From Basidiobolus meristosporus CBS 931.73 (taxonomy: Eukaryota > Fungi > Basidiobolomycota), in the NCBI GenBank assembly GCA_002104905.1, contig MCFE01000014.1:62001-126000 (forward strand): a stretch of DNA of 64,000 bases, written 5' to 3'. Position numbers and translations under genes: made by a program. Each line of letters opens with the position of its first letter. Within the stretch, counting starts at the first letter, position 1. Of this stretch, positions 59,477-64,000 are shown one piece after another. A model generated the notes under the pieces. It saw only the letters and a program-made list of their open reading frames with translations, had not been told where the DNA came from and did no database searches.

Positions 59477-62400
59477 TGTTGCAAGATTCTGGGAGATATT
59501 GGAAGTGCTTGGGAGAACAAGTAGATTATGTGGTTTTCACTATATGATTTATTGAATGTAAAAGTAGTATTTATACTTTTATCTGGTCTTGGCATAAAAA
59601 GCACATAAAATAGGCTAAGGAAGGTCCCAAGAACATGTGTGCAAAGTTTGGGGCTGTTTGGACAACTTTGACAATTTTTCATGTTCTGGGTACCTGGTAT
59701 TTTGGTGAAAATATTCTAAGTAAATCCCAACAAGGAATTTGGTCAGTATTCTCTAGGATTTGAAGGTAATGATCTAAGTGACTAAGTTAGGTGAATATTT
59801 AGGTGGAAATACAAATTTTTACAACACTCCCACTCAGCTAAATGTTCATACTGACTAGTCCTAATTTTGACCTAAGATATTCAAACTTGTCTCTAGCTAA
59901 TGGTTTGGTAAATATGTCTGCAATCATTTCATATGAAGGACAGTAAACTAAGCTAAATAAGTTATTCTCTGTAGCTTCATGTATGAAATGATGTCTGATA
60001 TCTATGTGCTTAGTTCTAGCATGAAAAGTTGGATTTTACCTAATTATATACATCCCTGATTATCTTGAGATTAAGTAATAGGCGTTTTTGATATAGGCCT
60101 TAATCTGTAAAAAGCTTTCTTAACCACATTGCTGCTTTTGTAGCTTCACAGGCTGTCATATACCCTGCTTCTGTAGTAGAAAGTGCTATGGTTGGTTGCT
60201 TTCTTGAGTTCCATGAAATTACTCCTGGACTGTAATGAAAGGTATATCCTGTGGTGGATCTTCTGTCTTCCAAATATCTTCCCCAATCTGCATTGGAGTA
60301 TCCCACAAGGTCCTGTTCTGAATCCTTATAAGTGTATCTTAAGCAGATATTGGCAGCTCCTTTTAGATATCTAAAAATCCACTTAACTGCTGTAATATGA
60401 TCACATCCATAGTTCTGGTTATGTTGGCTGACAACTCCCACTGAATATGAGATATCTGGACATGTTCCAACCATGATGTACATCAGACTGCCAACCATAG
60501 ACTGATATGGAAAGTCATGGCTTTCAGATGGCACCAAGCTTTCTTGACCTGGTTGAGTTTTGAACATGTAAGAGTTTGTCACTATTGGGGTAGCTGCTGG
60601 TTTACAGTCTTCCATTTGGTACTTCTTTAGGATATCTTGAATATACTTGGATTGACTTAGGATGATAGTCTGGGTACTTCTGTCTATGGAGAACTTAATC
60701 CCTAAGTAGTAACTGAGTTCTCCTAGATCAGACATCTTGAACTCCTTAGATAGGCAGGATTTGGTCTCTTCCAATGTTGCCAGGTTGTTGGTGTCTATAA
60801 TAAGATCATCCACATATAGAGCTAATAGGACTGGATTTGCTCTATCTGGCTTAAAGAATATACTATAGTCAACACTACACCTTTGGAAACTCAAAGATAC
60901 CAAATGAGGGTTATCTTGGTCAGCAAACCCATCAGGCTGGTCCATATACATGTCCTCAACAAGCTCTCCATTCAGAAATGCAGTTTTTACATCCATTTGA
61001 TTAATAAAAAGCTTATATTTGGCAGCAATAGCCAATATTACTTTCATGGAATAAACTTGGCTATCAGTGCAAAGGTCTCAGTAGAGTCAAGTCCTTTTGT
61101 TTGAGAGTATCCTTTGACCACAAGTCTTGCTTTGTATCTTTCTCTCTCCACCATGGCTTTGAGCTCCCTGAACTTAGACAGAGCTTCTTCCTTTCTCTTT
61201 ATGAAGTAAACCCATATGCATCTTATAGAATTATCAATAAAAGTGATTAAATACTTCATCCCACCTAAGGATAAATTTTGCATAGGTCCACACAGATCTA
61301 AGTGAATTAGATCTATTTTTTCTCAGTTTTGAACAACCCAGAGCTCTTGAACAGTTGTCTGGCTTGTTTCCCAAATATGCAGGCTTCACAGTGGTCCAAA
61401 TTAGCTGGGGGATCCAATTTTACTCTGGAAATTAGTTGATCTTTGATCATTTTGCGCATATAATCAAAATTGATGTACCCAAATCTCCTGTTCCAAAGCA
61501 TTGGTGTCTATTCATTTGAGTTATTTATATTGGCTTCCAGATATGAGGAATATATGTTAACTTGTATAGATTCTGATCTCTGATACTCAAAGCAATATGG
61601 GCACCATTTTGATCAGTGATCCTGCATCTAGAAATGTCAAAGCTGAAACTGAGTCCTTCTGCTGCGGCCTTACTTAGAGATAGTAGGTTCTAGGTTATTT
61701 CTGGTACATAAAGTACTTCTTTAAAGGTCAGTGTACAGCTTCCTTTACTGCTTCTAAGGCTTACTTGAATAGTTCCTTCTCCTGCTGCATCAAGTGTTCT
61801 ATGGTCACCCATGAAAACCTTCTTAATTGGTATTTCTTGATATTGGGTAAAAAGTTCTTTTTGGTGTGTAAAGTGTTGAGAAGCTCCAGAGTCAATATAC
61901 CACGTCTGAGAATCCTTGTTTGTGGTCATATTTAGTGCAGATATGAATAGTCTATCTTCAGTTGTTGCAACATTTCCATATTCAGGCTTCTTTTGCTGAT
62001 AATCTCTCTTTTTGAAACACTGGTCTGATGTGTGTCCTTTCCTTTTGCAGTAGTTGCAAAATAGGTTGCTGTTGTCTTTGTAGGTTTTTGGGTACCTCCT
62101 TTGTTGGTTATCATTTCTTATAAAAGCATTTTCTTCTTCCTTATTCTGTTAATTGATTTTTTGTTTCTTCTCCTGGCTGCATCTTTGTAGAATAGAATTT
62201 TTGTCTCAGATACATTTTCTTGGCAGCTGAACATGACTGGTAGGTGTCTTCTTATGCCCTCCAGGCATTTTTTGCTGTTTTTGCTCTTGAACATTGAGTT
62301 AGCAATTGTCTTTAACATTAAGGCAAATGCAGTTAAAGGGACTTTATTCCTTCTTCTGTTACTTGAAGGCTTCCTCTCCCACATTTTTAGGGGGGCATTC

Positions 62401-62912
62401 TTCTCCCATGACAATATCCCAAAGGCCTCTTTCTTGTAGCAGCATCTTCATTGTCACCTTCCACACTTGGTGGTTAGATCCATCCAACTTTTCAGCAGAG
62501 CAAAAAATTCCAGTAATAGCAGTGGCAGACATTGCAGAGAGTGACACCTTGTGGTTCATAACCTGTTGTAAGAGTCTTGGAGATATTGGAAGTGAATGGG
62601 AGGACAAGTAGACTATGTGGTTTTCACTTAATGATTTATTGAATGTAAAAGTAGTATTTACACTTTACATGATCTTGGCATAACAAGCATGTATAATAGG
62701 CTAAGGAAGGTCCTAAAAGCATGTGTGCAAAGCTTGGGGCTGTTTGGACAACTTTGAGAATTTTCATGTGCTGGGTACCTAGTATTTTGGTGAGAATATT
62801 TCAAGTAAATCCCAACAAGGAATTTGGTCAGTATTCTATAGGACTTGAAGGTGATGATCTAAGTGACTAAGTTTGGTGAATATTTAGGTGGAATTACAAA
62901 TTCTTTACAACA
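59477..62912 (-). mobile_element. Internally deleted, probably chimeric copia family C (LTRs 59477-59826 and 62564-62912)
   Basis: Integrase N-terminus fused directly to RT at ~61140 (MVERERYKARLVVKGYSQ); unrelated flanks, no TSD. Confidence 0.85.
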
Positions 62913-63099
62913 ATAGTGACCATCCGGAATAGCCCAACAGGCAAGTTTCAGGGCCTTCTATTAGCACCAGAGTCCAGAATTTGACCTTGAATTTCATATA
63001 TGGAAGACTCCTGCACAAAGTATTAAGAAAATTAAGTGCAAATAAGAAGGAAACAGAAAACACTTTAATAAGCAATGACAACCAACAAAGGAGATACCC

Positions 63100-63310
63100 A
63101 AGACCTTTTATAGAATAGAAGCTTTACAAAGGATCTCCTTGGATAGACTGGGGAAGATAGTCCACAGTACTTGGTATAAATCCTCTTCAATATGACAAAA
63201 GGAAACTCAGTGATAGTGATGGGACTGATAAGATAAGACCATTCAAATGAATCAGTCATAATAAGATTGGTAGGTGATTGTGTAGAGGTGATTTGATTCA
63301 ATATGGCACA
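63100..63310 (-). pseudogene. Fragment of PHIS transposase N-terminus
   Basis: ITEFPFVILKRIYTKYCGLSSPVYPRRSFVKLLFY matches TGFPFDTLEEAYSKYCRPSTPIYSRRSLVKLLCY at ~38840-38940. Confidence 0.65.
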
Positions 63311-63336
63311 ATCAGCTTAATTTATCTGGTTTTCCT

Positions 63337-64000
63337 TGTTGTAGGAGTTTTGGAGATATTGGAAGTGATTGGGAGAACAAGTAGATTATGTGGTTTTCAC
63401 TATATGATTTATTGAATGTAAAAGTAGTATTTATACTTTTATCTGGTCTTGGCATAAAAAGCACATAAAATAGGCTAAGGAAGGTCCCAAGAACATGTGT
63501 GCAAAGTTTGGGGCTGTTTGGACAACTTTGACAATTTTTCATGTTCTGGGTACCTGGTATTTTGGTGAAAATATTCTAAGTAAATCCCAACAAGGAATTT
63601 GGTCAGTATTCTCTAGGATTTGAAGGTAATGATCTAAGTGACTAAGTTAGGTGAATATTTAGGTGGAAATACAAATTTTTACAACACTCCCACTCAGCTA
63701 AATGTTCATACTGACTAGTCCTAATTTTGACCTAAGATATTCAAACTTGTCTCTAGCTAATGGTTTGGTAAATATGTCTGCAATCATTTCATCTGTAGGA
63801 CAGTAAACTAAGCTAACTAAGTTATTCTCTATAGCTTCACGTATGAAATGATGTCTAATATCTATGTGCTTGGTTTTGCATAAAAAGTTGGATTTCTACC
63901 TAATTGTATACATCCTTGATTATCTTGAAATAAAGTAATAGGCATTTTTTGACATAGGCCTAAATCTGTAAACAGCTTTCTTAACCACATTGCTTCTTTT
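63337..64000 (-). mobile_element. Copia family C 3' LTR (63337-63686) and RNase H, continuing beyond the window
   Basis: LTR, PPT and IADIFTKP..KFEYLR..GLVSMNI* C-terminus. Confidence 0.9.

Overview
Eukaryotic genomic DNA, most likely from an early-diverging fungus (inferred from short ~55-70 nt spliceosomal introns, a B12-dependent RNR and fungal-type LTR elements). The window has two sharply separated domains. (1) 1-~10.6 kb is compact, CpG-rich and genic: the 3' part of a SNF2/RING (Rad5/HLTF/Rad16-type) ATPase gene, a secreted Gly/Tyr-rich repeat protein, POT1 and an intron-containing class II (adenosylcobalamin) ribonucleotide reductase. (2) ~10.6-64 kb is an almost CpG-free nest of transposable elements: many Ty1/copia copies (two families), a full-length chromodomain Ty3/gypsy (self-priming PBS, -1 frameshift signal), a tRNA-iMet-primed Ty3/gypsy, a Ylt1-like gypsy remnant and related solo LTR, two 1.2-1.3 kb solo LTRs carrying a CpG-protected patch and a G4-like repeat, a PHIS (IS5/ISL2EU/Harbinger-type) DNA transposon family with a 3-bp ACT TSD, and a CACTA-like fragment. 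The most striking unexplained feature is a ~320-nt, splice-donor-associated, covarying structured RNA module shared by two distantly related gypsy lineages (17834-18160, 25360-25679, 47634-47960). All alignments, pairings and counts were done by eye; no database searches were run.
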